Shown here: positions 28,359-38,142 of the stretch, in pieces
Layout: every line of letters starts with the position of its first letter
How positions within the stretch are numbered: the first letter of the stretch is position 1
NCBI GenBank assembly: GCA_963772075.1
Contig: CAVYWG010000014.1
Coordinates: 14,950-78,949, forward strand
Direction: 5' to 3'
Source of the DNA: an uncultured Solirubrobacterales bacterium
GTDB taxonomy: Bacteria > Actinomycetota > Thermoleophilia > Solirubrobacterales > Solirubrobacteraceae
DNA length: 64,000 bases
Program-made: the position numbers and the translations under genes
The notes under the pieces: generated by a model
Seen by the model: only the letters and a program-made list of their open reading frames with translations
Database searches by the model: none
Told to the model about the DNA's origin: nothing

Positions 28359-31262
28359 GTGGCTGGCTCGGTTCCGATCCGCACTACTGGTACTCGCCGG
28401 AACTCCCGGCGCAGGCGTCTGGGCGCGGTGGCTGCCCTGGTGGCTTTCGTGGCCGTTGTGGGCGTGGCCTCCGCCGCGTTCGGCGGCGTCAACCCGTTCG
28501 CCAGCGAGGAAGTTGGCCAGGTCTACCACGGCGCCACGTTGCTGCCGACGAATCAGTGGATCTCGCCGATCGGCAACCGGATCGAAGACCCGAACGGCCG
28601 GATCGTCTCGAGCACACTCAGCCCGGACGGGCAGTACATGGCGGCGCTGACCTGGAACGAGTTCACGGGCTACCTCACGATCTTCAACCTGAAGACGGGG
28701 AAGATCGTGCAGGAAGAAGGCGCCTATCCCAATACCCTCGATCCCGCGGCCGGCGAACCCGGCGAAGAGGTCGGGGCCGACGGGCCGCTGTACTCGCCGG
28801 ACGGAAAAACGTTGTGGGTCCCGCAGACGGGCGACATCGCCAAGTTCACAGTCGATCCGGAAACCGGCATGGTCTCGGAAAAGGTGATCGTCAAGCTGCC
28901 CTCGGCCGCGAACGGTCCGGCACCGGAATACAGCACCGAAGCGAAACACCCCGGCGAAGCTCTAGCCTCGGGCATGGCGCTCTCACCCGACGCCAGCAAG
29001 CTTTACGTAGCCCTCAACGGTTCCAACACGCTCGGCGTGATCAACACCGCGACCAACGAAGTCGAAAAGGAAATCCCTGTCGGCAACGCGCCGCGCCAGG
29101 TGGTGCTCGACGGCAACACCGCCTACGTCTCCAATGAGGGCGGCCGTCCCGCGCGGCCGGGCGACACCACCAACCTATCCGACGGGACGCCGATCGTCTC
29201 CAGTCCCGTCACGGGCGCAGCCACGACCGGCACGGTGTCAGTCGTCAACCTGACGACGGGTACGCAGGAACAGGAAATCCCCGTGGGGCTGCAGCCGACC
29301 GCGCTCTATCGGAGCGGAGGAGCACTGTTCGTCGCCAACTCCAACGACGACAGCATCTCGGTGATCGACACCGCAACCAACGCGGTCGCGCAGACGACGA
29401 GCACCAACCCGCTTCCGGGCGCCGACGTGGGGAGCTACGCCAACGCGATCACAATGCCCGACCCCAACCACGTGCTTGTGAGCATCGGCCGCGACAACGC
29501 GATCGCCGTCTACAAGTACACGGGCCTCACAAGCTGGAGGCACGGGGGCTTCAATGGATGGCGCGGGCGCCCGACGCAACCGCTCCAGTACAAGGGTCTG
29601 CTGCCGACCGACTGGTATCCGGTCGGAGTGCAGCCCGACCCGGCGCTCGGGAGTGGGGAGATCGTCGTCACCAACGACCGGGGCATCGGCGACCGCGGCC
29701 CGCAGGCGAAGATCTGCAAGGGCACGGAAACCTCTCCGGCTCCGGAATGCGTGAAGGGTTACAACACCTACGACGACACCGGCACGGTGACGACGTTCAA
29801 GCTGCCGGCCGAAGGTGAATTGGCGCAGTACACCAAAACCGTGTTCACCGACAACGACTGGAACAACGTCCCCGCGATCAACGGCGGTGCGGGCGACACC
29901 GTGCCGAATGTGATCCCGCGGAGGAGCGGGGGGCACTCGCCGATCAAGCACATATTCGTGGTCGTCAAAGAGAACCGCACCTACGATCAGGTGTTCGGCG
30001 ACCTGGGCGAGGGCAACGGCGCCCCCGAACTGGCGCAGTTCGGACAGAAGATCACCCCCAACGCGCACGCGCTCGCCAAGCGCTTCGGCGACCTGGATAA
30101 CTTCTACGACGAGGGGACGTTGTCGGCGGACGGGCACAACTGGATCGTGCAGGCCGAGGCCAACGACTATGTCGAAAAGGAGTTCGGAGCGTTCTACCGC
30201 TCCTATCCCGCCGAAGGCGGCGACGCGCTCGCCTACCAGCGCGACGGGTTCCTCTGGAACGCCGCCGAGCGGGCGGGGCAGAACGTCAAGGACTTCGGCG
30301 AGTACAACCGCTACATCACCGGGCCTCCCGGCGCCACCGGCGGCGACTGGAAGGAATGGTACGAAGACTCGCAGATCCTCGAAGGAAAGCAGAGCGGGCC
30401 GCTGCCGATCCCGACCGGCGAATACAAGACCAGCTCCGACATCCCGTCGCTGAACGAAATCACCGACCCCGCCTACCCAAGGTTCGACCTCGAAATTCCC
30501 GACCAGTACCGCTACGACATCTGGAAGGCCGAATTCGAACACGAGGAAGGTGCCAACGCGGTTCCCAGCCTGACACTGATCTGGCTGCCCGACGACCACA
30601 CCGGCGGTGCACCGGACCCCGTGGCCCAGGTGGCCGACAACGACCTCGCGTTCGGGCGGATCGTGGAAACGATCTCCCACAGCAAGGTGTGGAAGGACTC
30701 GGCGATCTTCGGCGTCGAGGACGACACGCAGAACGGCGTCGACCACGTCGACGGGCACCGCGCCCCGGCGTTTGTGATCAGCCCGTACGCGAAGGGTGGG
30801 GTACAGGACGAATACTCAACGCAACTCAACATGGTGCGCACGGTCGAGCAGATCCTGGGGATCCAGCCGATGAACCAGGAGGACTACGCCGCCGAACCGA
30901 TGTACGGGGCGTTCACGGAAGCCCCGAACTTCGAACCGTACACCGCCGCGCCCAACGAAATCCCGCTGACACTCGGCGTCGCAGGCTTCGCCGCGACCGC
31001 GGCGGCGAAGACGGGTGGGCCTACCGAGGGCGCGGTGCCGGCCTCGATGCAGGGCGTGTACAAAGCCTGGACGAGCTGGAGGGGGCATCAGTCCTTCCTT
31101 GGCCGGGACGCCGTACCGGACACAGCCAAGCCGGTGCTGCTCAACCGGTTCGACTGGTACTCCGCGCACGACTGGAAGGTGGCCTACCCGGGCGACCCGA
31201 AGATCTACCTGCCCGACGAAGTGCCCGGCAGGAACCTACCGGCCGCGCTCCTCGGCGGCTGA
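28359..31262 (+). CDS. Secreted YncE/YVTN beta-propeller + alkaline-phosphatase-superfamily phosphoesterase
   Basis: Signal peptide, YVTN-like repeats (LYVALNGSNTLGVINT, AYVSNEG, LFVANSNDDSISVID), KHIFVVVKENRTYDQVFGDL, DGHNW, PDDHT, DHVDGHR. Confidence 0.9.
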   Translation: MAGSVPIRTTGTRRNSRRRRLGAVAALVAFVAVVGVASAAFGGVNPFASEEVGQVYHGATLLPTNQWISPIGNRIEDPNGRIVSSTLSPDGQYMAALTWNEFTGYLTIFNLKTGKIVQEEGAYPNTLDPAAGEPGEEVGADGPLYSPDGKTLWVPQTGDIAKFTVDPETGMVSEKVIVKLPSAANGPAPEYSTEAKHPGEALASGMALSPDASKLYVALNGSNTLGVINTATNEVEKEIPVGNAPRQVVLDGNTAYVSNEGGRPARPGDTTNLSDGTPIVSSPVTGAATTGTVSVVNLTTGTQEQEIPVGLQPTALYRSGGALFVANSNDDSISVIDTATNAVAQTTSTNPLPGADVGSYANAITMPDPNHVLVSIGRDNAIAVYKYTGLTSWRHGGFNGWRGRPTQPLQYKGLLPTDWYPVGVQPDPALGSGEIVVTNDRGIGDRGPQAKICKGTETSPAPECVKGYNTYDDTGTVTTFKLPAEGELAQYTKTVFTDNDWNNVPAINGGAGDTVPNVIPRRSGGHSPIKHIFVVVKENRTYDQVFGDLGEGNGAPELAQFGQKITPNAHALAKRFGDLDNFYDEGTLSADGHNWIVQAEANDYVEKEFGAFYRSYPAEGGDALAYQRDGFLWNAAERAGQNVKDFGEYNRYITGPPGATGGDWKEWYEDSQILEGKQSGPLPIPTGEYKTSSDIPSLNEITDPAYPRFDLEIPDQYRYDIWKAEFEHEEGANAVPSLTLIWLPDDHTGGAPDPVAQVADNDLAFGRIVETISHSKVWKDSAIFGVEDDTQNGVDHVDGHRAPAFVISPYAKGGVQDEYSTQLNMVRTVEQILGIQPMNQEDYAAEPMYGAFTEAPNFEPYTAAPNEIPLTLGVAGFAATAAAKTGGPTEGAVPASMQGVYKAWTSWRGHQSFLGRDAVPDTAKPVLLNRFDWYSAHDWKVAYPGDPKIYLPDEVPGRNLPAALLGG

Positions 31263-31279
31263 GAGGGGTTCGCGTCAAC

Positions 31280-31317
31280 CTGAGACCGGCCGCGCCAGCG
31301 GGCGCGGCCGGTCTCAG
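31280..31317. terminator. GC-rich stem-loop
   Basis: CTGAGACCGGCCGCGCC-AGCG-GGCGCGGCCGGTCTCAG, 17-bp perfect stem just after the phosphoesterase stop. Confidence 0.75.
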
Positions 31318-31417
31318 TGGCGCCCGTGCGGTTGTCCCCCGCGACCGAGTTGTTTCTGCGTTCCCTTGAGCGGGGCCGCTGGGTCCAAGCGGCATGGGTT
31401 AGCATCCAAAGGGAACC

Positions 31418-32201
31418 GTGCTACGCAACGTCGCGCTATGGCTCAGACCGGCAGGGTGGCCGCCGCTGCCCGATGCGGTGCGCCGGCGGACGTGCCTGCT
31501 GGCGTGGGCTGCGATCCTCGCACAGGTGGTGTTCGTCGGCGGGTGGGTGCTCGCCGGTGCTCTCGAACCCCATTACTCGCCGGTTCGCCAGGCCATCAGC
31601 GAACTCGGCCGCGTCGGCGCGACGAACCCCTGGATCTTCACGATTTTCCTCGCTATCCTGGGGGTTGGGCTTCGTCGCGCTCGCGGTCGCGATCGTACCG
31701 GCACTGCGCACGCGGCCGTGGCCGCTGGCGATGCCGTTGTGCTTCGTGCTCGCCGGCGTGTGCGCGATTCTCGTCGGGCAACTGCAAATGGACTGCTCAC
31801 CGATCTTGAGCGCTGTGTGCAAGTCACGCGAAGTCGCGGGCGAGCTCTCCTGGCATCACTACGCGCACGAGTGGTTGACCATCGGCATCTTCGCATCGCT
31901 GCTGCTGACGGGTTTCGCGTTTGCCCGTTCGGCGTGGCCGAGCCGGCTCGCGCGACTGGTGTTGGGCGGCGCGCTCGTGCTCACGGGCGTGTTCATCGTC
32001 ACGTGGTTGCTCAACGACTCGTTCGCTGGCTACTTTGGACTCGAAGAGCGTCTGTGGGCGTTTGTCGCCCAGCTCTGGGCGCTGGTTTGCGCGACGGTGC
32101 TGATCCTCGAGGCGACGCTCCGGCCGGAGGTCCTGCAGGCACACGAGGCGGCCTTGCGGCGTAGTGCTTTGGGCGAGCACGTCGCCGTCGCCTCGTCGTA
32201 G
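31418..32201 (+). pseudogene. DUF998-like membrane protein with frameshift
   Basis: YSPVRQAISELG motif in one frame. A frame change at ~31665 (G-run) leads to the remaining TMs with HHYAH and GLEERL. May be a sequencing error. Confidence 0.7.
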
Positions 32202-32281
32202 TCTGCACCGTTCTGGCCGGGTAGGACCATGATCGGGTAAGACTTCGATCGGGTAAAAGACCGTGGAGATGAGGTGATGCC

Positions 32282-32399
32282 ATGACTACGCATTCGGTGG
32301 GAACACGTGAGCAGTGGAAGGCAACTGCTCGACCAGGTGCCAAAGGGCCGCGGCGATGAGTACAGCATGCGCCGCCGCGACGAATACGACAGCCAGTGA
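32282..32399 (+). pseudogene. Collapsed DUF899 gene (only first ~14 and last ~24 codons)
   Basis: GAGGTG RBS + MTTHSVGTREQWKA, joined out of frame to LLDQVPKGRGDEYSMRRRDEYDSQ*. Both ends match the two DUF899 genes at 1.7-3.1 kb. Confidence 0.75.
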
Positions 32400-32405
32400 A
32401 AAACC

Positions 32406-33791
32406 CTAGAACAGGTCGGCCGCGTTCAACAGGAGCACGTCCTCGCTTGCGGCGCGTCGCTGCAGCGAGGGGGTGAAGCCGCGTCGCGCAAAGATCGCAA
32501 GTCGGGCGTTCGCCGTGCGGCCTTCGGCTGCGTCTCGGCTTGCGAGCAGGGCGTCGAGCGCGTCCTCGCCCACTGCTCGCCGCGACCACTTGCACGACCC
32601 GAACAGCGTGTACTGACGCCGGTCTGCGCATGCGATGTCGATCTCGTGGCGCCCGTCGCGCGACCACCACGATCCGATCGCGTTCGCCGTGCGGGCCTCC
32701 TCGATCTGTGAGTAGCGCGCGAGCCAGTGGCGGCAAACGTCCTCGAAGGCGCGGCCGACGTAGGTGTCGAGGTCGGCTGCGACCTGGTCCCACACGGCAT
32801 CGATCGCCTCGCCCCGGTCCAGTCGGCTGCGGTTGGGGGCGACGCGGCGAAACCAGAACCGGAAGAAGGGGTCGTCGATCTGCCAAAAGCCCCGTCGGCG
32901 ACGAGCGTTGGGCGACACCGGAGTTCGCTCCCGCACATAGCCGAGTGCCGCGAGTCGCTCCAGCACGGTGGCGACGTTGGAGCTCGGCAATTCGAGTAGG
33001 CTGCCGATGTCGGCGTTGCGGGTGCGCCCGGAGGCGATCGCGGCGAGCACGCCGAAGTAGCGTTTCGGGTCGCGAACACCACGCTCCTCCCTCACCAGGG
33101 TCAGCGGCTCTTCGTACAGGGGCGCTCCCTTGCGCAGGATCGCCTCGCATACGACCGACCTCAGCGGGCGTTGACCGGCCCAGAGCTGGTATTGGGGCGT
33201 TCCGCCGATCACCGCATAACGCTCCACCAACTCCTGTGGGGAGCTGCTCGCCGGCGCGAACTCGCGCGCGTCGCGGTAGTCAAGTGGGTCGATTGCCGGG
33301 CGGAAGGTCGCACGGCCGTGTAGCGGCGCGTCACGCGAGAGGAGTCCCTCCATAAAGCTCAGCGCACTGCCGGACAGCACCAGGCAGATCGGCGCCCCGC
33401 TCGCGTCCCAGCCGTCCCAGTGGCGCTGAACGATCGAAGGAAGCGCCGGCTCTGACAGGCATGCGTACTGGAACTCGTCGATCACCACCACCAGCGGCCG
33501 CACGGCGGCCTGCGTGCCGAGAAACTCAAAGGCGGCGTCCCAGGAACCGAAGCTCAGCGGCGGGGTTCCGGGAAGCAACCGAGCAAGCTCCGCCGCGAAG
33601 GCGGCTAGCTGCACTGCGCGTGGCTGCTCGTCTGCCTGATAGCTCACCACTCCCTCGCCTGCGAACGCATGCGCAAGCAGGAACGTCTTGCCGACGCGTC
33701 GCCGACCTCGCAACACAACCAGGCTAGGTGCCGATTCGCGCTGCTCCAGTAGGAGAGCCATCTCCTGCTGGCGATCCACGAGTACTCGCAT
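32406..33791 (-). CDS. Archaeal-type P-loop ATPase with DUF234 / PD-(D/E)XK-like C-terminal domain
   Basis: GRRRVGKT Walker A, VVIDEFQY Walker B, LSGS, GGTPQY, DPFFRFWF, FEDVC, WW..EIDI..GSCKW. Confidence 0.9.
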   Translation of the reverse strand: MRVLVDRQQEMALLLEQRESAPSLVVLRGRRRVGKTFLLAHAFAGEGVVSYQADEQPRAVQLAAFAAELARLLPGTPPLSFGSWDAAFEFLGTQAAVRPLVVVIDEFQYACLSEPALPSIVQRHWDGWDASGAPICLVLSGSALSFMEGLLSRDAPLHGRATFRPAIDPLDYRDAREFAPASSSPQELVERYAVIGGTPQYQLWAGQRPLRSVVCEAILRKGAPLYEEPLTLVREERGVRDPKRYFGVLAAIASGRTRNADIGSLLELPSSNVATVLERLAALGYVRERTPVSPNARRRRGFWQIDDPFFRFWFRRVAPNRSRLDRGEAIDAVWDQVAADLDTYVGRAFEDVCRHWLARYSQIEEARTANAIGSWWSRDGRHEIDIACADRRQYTLFGSCKWSRRAVGEDALDALLASRDAAEGRTANARLAIFARRGFTPSLQRRAASEDVLLLNAADLF

Positions 33792-33905
33792 CGATCGAAG
33801 ATGCTACTACATAAAGTAGTATTCTATGAAGTACTATTCGATGAAGGTGTGCCTTGCCCTCCGTGATAAGCAGGACTCCCGGGCCTACGCCCGTCGAAAA
33901 ACGCC

Positions 33906-34448
33906 ATGCACACCCTGAAGATCGCTATCGCCATCGTCTGGATTGTCTTCTGGGTCTACTGGCTGGCGTCCGCGTTTGGCGTCAAGGAAGGCAGAGCTGA
34001 CCGGCGCCGGGTCCCGTTGAATGGCGTGAGCGCCCTGGCGGTCATCGTGCTCCTGCGCGTCTTCCGCGGGGGGAGCCTGGCGGTCGACAGCCCGGTGCTG
34101 GAGGCGATCGGGGCCGTCGTGTTCGTGTCGGGGCTCGCGCTGGCGATCTGGGCTCGCATCCAGCTCGGGCGTAACTGGGGTATGCCAATGACCCAGAAGG
34201 CCGAGCCCGAGCTCGTCACCTCCGGCCCCTACCGGTGGGTCCGCCACCCGATCTACACGGGGCTCCTGGTGGGGTTGCTCGGCACGGCGCTCGCCACCAA
34301 CCTGATCGGGTTGATCATCGTCGCGGTACTGGGCGGGTACTTCTACTACAGCGCCTCGGTGGAGGAAAAGAACCTGATTGCAACGTTCCCCGCGGCATAT
34401 CCCGCGTACCGCAGTAGCACGAAGATGCTCATTCCCTTCGTCCTCTGA
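33906..34448 (+). CDS. Isoprenylcysteine carboxyl methyltransferase / PEMT family membrane protein
   Basis: LGRNWG..LVTSGPYRWVRHPIYTG, EEKNL..FP.AY..YR. Confidence 0.9.
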   Translation: MHTLKIAIAIVWIVFWVYWLASAFGVKEGRADRRRVPLNGVSALAVIVLLRVFRGGSLAVDSPVLEAIGAVVFVSGLALAIWARIQLGRNWGMPMTQKAEPELVTSGPYRWVRHPIYTGLLVGLLGTALATNLIGLIIVAVLGGYFYYSASVEEKNLIATFPAAYPAYRSSTKMLIPFVL

Positions 34449-34645
34449 ACATCGAGCCCGATCGCCCATAGCGCTTCGCGACGATCGGTCACATGCGGGA
34501 AATCCCCGATCGCGACCGCGGGCTTTGGCTGATGCCGGGAGGTGGAGCGCAGGGAAGAATCTGCGAGCGTGCGTGAGTAGTCTCTGCACCCGAGGCCGCC
34601 CAACGGCCACGCAAGGCCCATACAAGCGCTGACTGGAGATCACAT

Positions 34646-35158
34646 ATGAGTGATAGACCCGTTTTCATCTACGCCGCAACCTATGCCGACCCCGCCGGAG
34701 CCGAGGCGGATTACGACGCCCTCGTCGAGCTGCACGCGGCGAAGCTGGTGGGCAGCTATGACGTGGCCTTGGTGACCAAGGACGCCGAGGGCAAGGTGCA
34801 TGTCAAAAAGCATGAGAAGCCGACCCAGCACGGAGCTTGGGGAGGGATCGCCGTCGGCGCCGTGGTGGGAGTTGTGGCTGCGCCCGCGATCATCCCCGCG
34901 GCACTGGTTGGCGGCGTCATCGGCGGGCTCGGCGGGCACTTCAAAAAGGGCATCTCGCGAGGCGACGCCAAGGAGCTCGGCGACCTCATCGAAGCGGGCC
35001 AGGCGACGCTGCTGGTGATCGGCGAGTCGCGCATCGAAGAGCAGCTCGACAAGCTGCTGACGCGCGCCGAAAAGTCGATCGAGAAGGAAGTCGACGTCGA
35101 ACGCGAGGAGCTCAAGCGCGAGCTCGACAAGGCTGAGAAGGAGAGCGCCGCGGCGTAG
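34646..35158 (+). CDS. DUF1269-like membrane-associated protein
   Basis: YDVALVTKDAEGKV, Gly-zipper GAWGGIAVGAVVG..GGVIGGLGG. Confidence 0.75.
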   Translation: MSDRPVFIYAATYADPAGAEADYDALVELHAAKLVGSYDVALVTKDAEGKVHVKKHEKPTQHGAWGGIAVGAVVGVVAAPAIIPAALVGGVIGGLGGHFKKGISRGDAKELGDLIEAGQATLLVIGESRIEEQLDKLLTRAEKSIEKEVDVEREELKRELDKAEKESAAA

Positions 35159-35269
35159 CGGCTGCTCGGCTTCCACACGCTCTGCCGCCGGCGCTGCGTC
35201 GAGGACTGCGAAGGAGAGGGGCGACCCCGGTCGCCGCCCCGGGGGGCGATCATCGGATGCGTGCCGCGG

Positions 35270-36298
35270 CTAGCGCCGTCGCGCTGCGGGCCCGAGGGCC
35301 GGGCTGATCCAGCCGCCGTCGGCGGGGTTGATGTTGGTGCCGGGAGCGACGATCTCGTCGATCCGGTCGAGGACATCGGCGGAGAGCGTGAGGTCGGCGG
35401 CGGGGAGCTGGCCCTCGAGCTGCTCCATCGTCCGCGGGCCGATGATCGCCGCCGTGACCGTCGGATGGTTGATCACGAACGCGATCGCCATCTCGACCAG
35501 CGGCATCCCCGCCTCCTCGGCGAGCTGCGCGAGCGCCTCGGCCGCGTCTAGCTTACGCTGGTTGGCGGGTAGCGACAGGTCGTAGCGGGCGGTGAGTCGC
35601 TTGCGGGCAGGCGAGGTCGGCGCCAGGTCATCCGCGTCCTTGCGCCATTTACCCGACAGCCAGCCGCCCGACAGTGGGCTCCACGGGATCACGCCCATCC
35701 CGTAGCGCTGGCAGGTGGGCAGCACGTCGGCCTCGATCCCGCGGGCGAGCATCGAGTAGGGCGGCTGCTCGCACACATAGCGCTGCAGCCCCCGATCGTG
35801 CGCCATCCACTGCGCCTCGACGATCGCCGACGGCGGGAACACCGAGGAGCCGACGTAGCGGACCTTTCCCTGCCGAATCAGGTCGGTGAGCGCGCCGAGC
35901 GTCTCCTCGAGGTCGACGCCGGGCTCGTAGCGGTGGATCTGGTAGAGGTCGATCCAGTCGGTTCCGAGCCGCCGCAGCGAGTCCTCGACCTCGCGGATCA
36001 GCCAGCGGCGCGAAACGCCGCGGCGATTTGGATCATCGCCCATCGCGCCCCACGCCTTGGTGGCGAGCACGACATCCTCGCGCCTGCCGCCCGCCAGCGC
36101 CTTGCCGACGATCGTCTCGGACTCGCCGTTGGAGTAGACGTCGGCGGTGTCGATGAAGTTGATGCCGGCGTCGAGCGCGCGGTGGATGATGCGGATGCTG
36201 TCGTCGTGGTCCGCGTTGCCCCAGACGCCGAACATCATCGCGCCGAGGCACAACTTGCTGACTGATACGCCAGTGCGGCCAAGTGGTCGATGCTCCAT
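35270..36298 (-). CDS. Aldo/keto reductase
   Basis: LCLGAMMFG, GINFIDTADVY, LATK, SLRRLGTDWIDLYQIH, PWSPL.GG.LSGK. Confidence 0.95.
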   Translation of the reverse strand: MEHRPLGRTGVSVSKLCLGAMMFGVWGNADHDDSIRIIHRALDAGINFIDTADVYSNGESETIVGKALAGGRREDVVLATKAWGAMGDDPNRRGVSRRWLIREVEDSLRRLGTDWIDLYQIHRYEPGVDLEETLGALTDLIRQGKVRYVGSSVFPPSAIVEAQWMAHDRGLQRYVCEQPPYSMLARGIEADVLPTCQRYGMGVIPWSPLSGGWLSGKWRKDADDLAPTSPARKRLTARYDLSLPANQRKLDAAEALAQLAEEAGMPLVEMAIAFVINHPTVTAAIIGPRTMEQLEGQLPAADLTLSADVLDRIDEIVAPGTNINPADGGWISPALGPAARRR

Positions 36299-36558
36299 GT
36301 CTGCTCCTGGTCCGAGCGCCGGCGCTGGTGCACCGGGGCTCTTGCATGTGGTCGGTCGTGTCGGAATTGGGCCGCACCGGTAGGCGATCCGTGCTCCGCG
36401 GGTGGGTCGGGTTGCGGCCTAACGAAAGCACATGACGGGTCGCTCCCGAACCAGCTCGCAGATCACCCGGCTAGGCTTTAGTGCGACATGCCGTCGTGTA
36501 CCCATCTCGAACGCGTTCGAATCAACCGGCCGCCCCAGGCCCGCGAGCAGGGACTCGA

Positions 36559-38142
36559 ATGGCCGGGCCTGTAAGTCGAGTTCTCTCGAGCTCGCAGCTT
36601 GCGATGCTCGCCGACCACGGCGAGGAGCTGACCGCCGAGGTTGGCCAGACGCTGTTCGAGGTTGGCGACGAGAGCTATCCGTTCGTCGCAATCGTCGAGG
36701 GCGAGGTCATGGTGACGGACGCCACGGGGCAGGAGATCGTCCGTCACGGCGCCTCGGGCTTCGTGGGGGAGATGAACCTCCTCTCCGGGCAAACCGTCTT
36801 TCTCACAGCGGTCGTCACCGAGCCGATGCGCTACATCGCGGTCGATCGCGAAGTGCTCAGGCAGCTGCTGTTCGAGGACGGCGCGCTCTCGGACCTGCTG
36901 CTCAGTGCCTTCGTGGAGCGTCGTGAGCTGCTGCAGCAGCAGCAGGGGATCGGATTCGAGATCATCGGCCCCCGCGAGTCCCCGCAGACGCGGAGGCTGC
37001 TCGACTTCGCCCGGCGCCAGCGGCTTCCCCACTCCTGGGTGGACCCCACAACGAGCGCGCCGGCCGGTGACGCGATCGATACGCCGGGCTCGGCCGAGAT
37101 GCCCGTGGTGCGCATGCCGGGAGGCGCGCTGCTGCGCAACCCCAGCAACGGCGAGCTCTCGCGGGCGCTGGGGATCGGGCGCGAGCTCGCGCCACGCGAA
37201 GACGTGGACCTGCTGATCGTCGGTGGCGGCCCCGCCGGCCTTGGCGCCGCGGTATACGGAGCCTCTGAGGGGCTCGACACGCTCGTGGTGGAGGGCACCG
37301 TCATCGGTGGCCAGGCCGGCACCTCGCGCAGGATCGAGAACTATCTCGGCTTTCCAGCCGGGATCAGCGGTACCGAACTGACCAGCCGCGCGATCACACA
37401 GGCGCGCAAGTTCGGCGCTCGTGTGGCCACGCCCTACCGTGCGAGCAAGCTCCAACCGGGTGCCGAGCGGCACGTCGTCGAGCTCGATGAGGGCAATGAG
37501 GTCACCGCGCGAGCGGTGCTGCTCGCGACTGGCGCCGAATACAGGCGCCTGCCCGTGGAGGGTCTCGATCGCTACGAGGGACTCAGCGTCTTCTATGCCG
37601 CCGGTCCGCTGGAGGGGCAGATCTGCGCGGGACGGCGCGTTGGAGTAGTCGGTGGCGGCAACTCGGCCGGACAGGCCGCCGTGTGGCTGGCGCGGGGCGG
37701 TGCGCTGGTCACCCTCATGCACCGGCGCCGCGCCTTGAGCGAGACGATGTCGCAGTATTTGATCGACGAGCTCGAACGCTACGGGGTCGCGGTGCGCGAT
37801 CGCGCCGAGATCGGCGAGCTGCATGGCGAGGAGGGACAACTCGATGCAGTCACGTTCACCGGCGGCGAGAAGCTGCCGTTCTCGTTCCTGTTTTTCTTCC
37901 TGGGCGCCGAGCCCTGCACCGATTGGCTCGGCGACGTCGTCGCAAGGGATTCCCACGGCTTCGTCCTCACCGGTCCCGACGCCGCGGCGAAGGGCCTGAT
38001 GGAGACCAGCGTACCCGGCGTCTACGCGGCCGGCGACGTGCGCGCCGGCTCGATCAAGCGCTGCGCAACGGCGGTCGCGGAGGGCGCCACCGTGGTGCGT
38101 TTTGTGCACGAGCGCTTGGCGGCGGCCATCGCGCCCCGCTGA
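36559..38142 (+). CDS. cNMP-binding-domain thioredoxin-reductase-like FAD oxidoreductase
   Basis: N-terminal cNMP fold (GQTLFEVGD..FVGEMNLL), GGGPAGL..A.YGASEGL, SRRIENYLGFP, GGGNSAGQAA, GVYAAGDVR. No CxxC seen. Confidence 0.9.
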   Translation: MAGPVSRVLSSSQLAMLADHGEELTAEVGQTLFEVGDESYPFVAIVEGEVMVTDATGQEIVRHGASGFVGEMNLLSGQTVFLTAVVTEPMRYIAVDREVLRQLLFEDGALSDLLLSAFVERRELLQQQQGIGFEIIGPRESPQTRRLLDFARRQRLPHSWVDPTTSAPAGDAIDTPGSAEMPVVRMPGGALLRNPSNGELSRALGIGRELAPREDVDLLIVGGGPAGLGAAVYGASEGLDTLVVEGTVIGGQAGTSRRIENYLGFPAGISGTELTSRAITQARKFGARVATPYRASKLQPGAERHVVELDEGNEVTARAVLLATGAEYRRLPVEGLDRYEGLSVFYAAGPLEGQICAGRRVGVVGGGNSAGQAAVWLARGGALVTLMHRRRALSETMSQYLIDELERYGVAVRDRAEIGELHGEEGQLDAVTFTGGEKLPFSFLFFFLGAEPCTDWLGDVVARDSHGFVLTGPDAAAKGLMETSVPGVYAAGDVRAGSIKRCATAVAEGATVVRFVHERLAAAIAPR

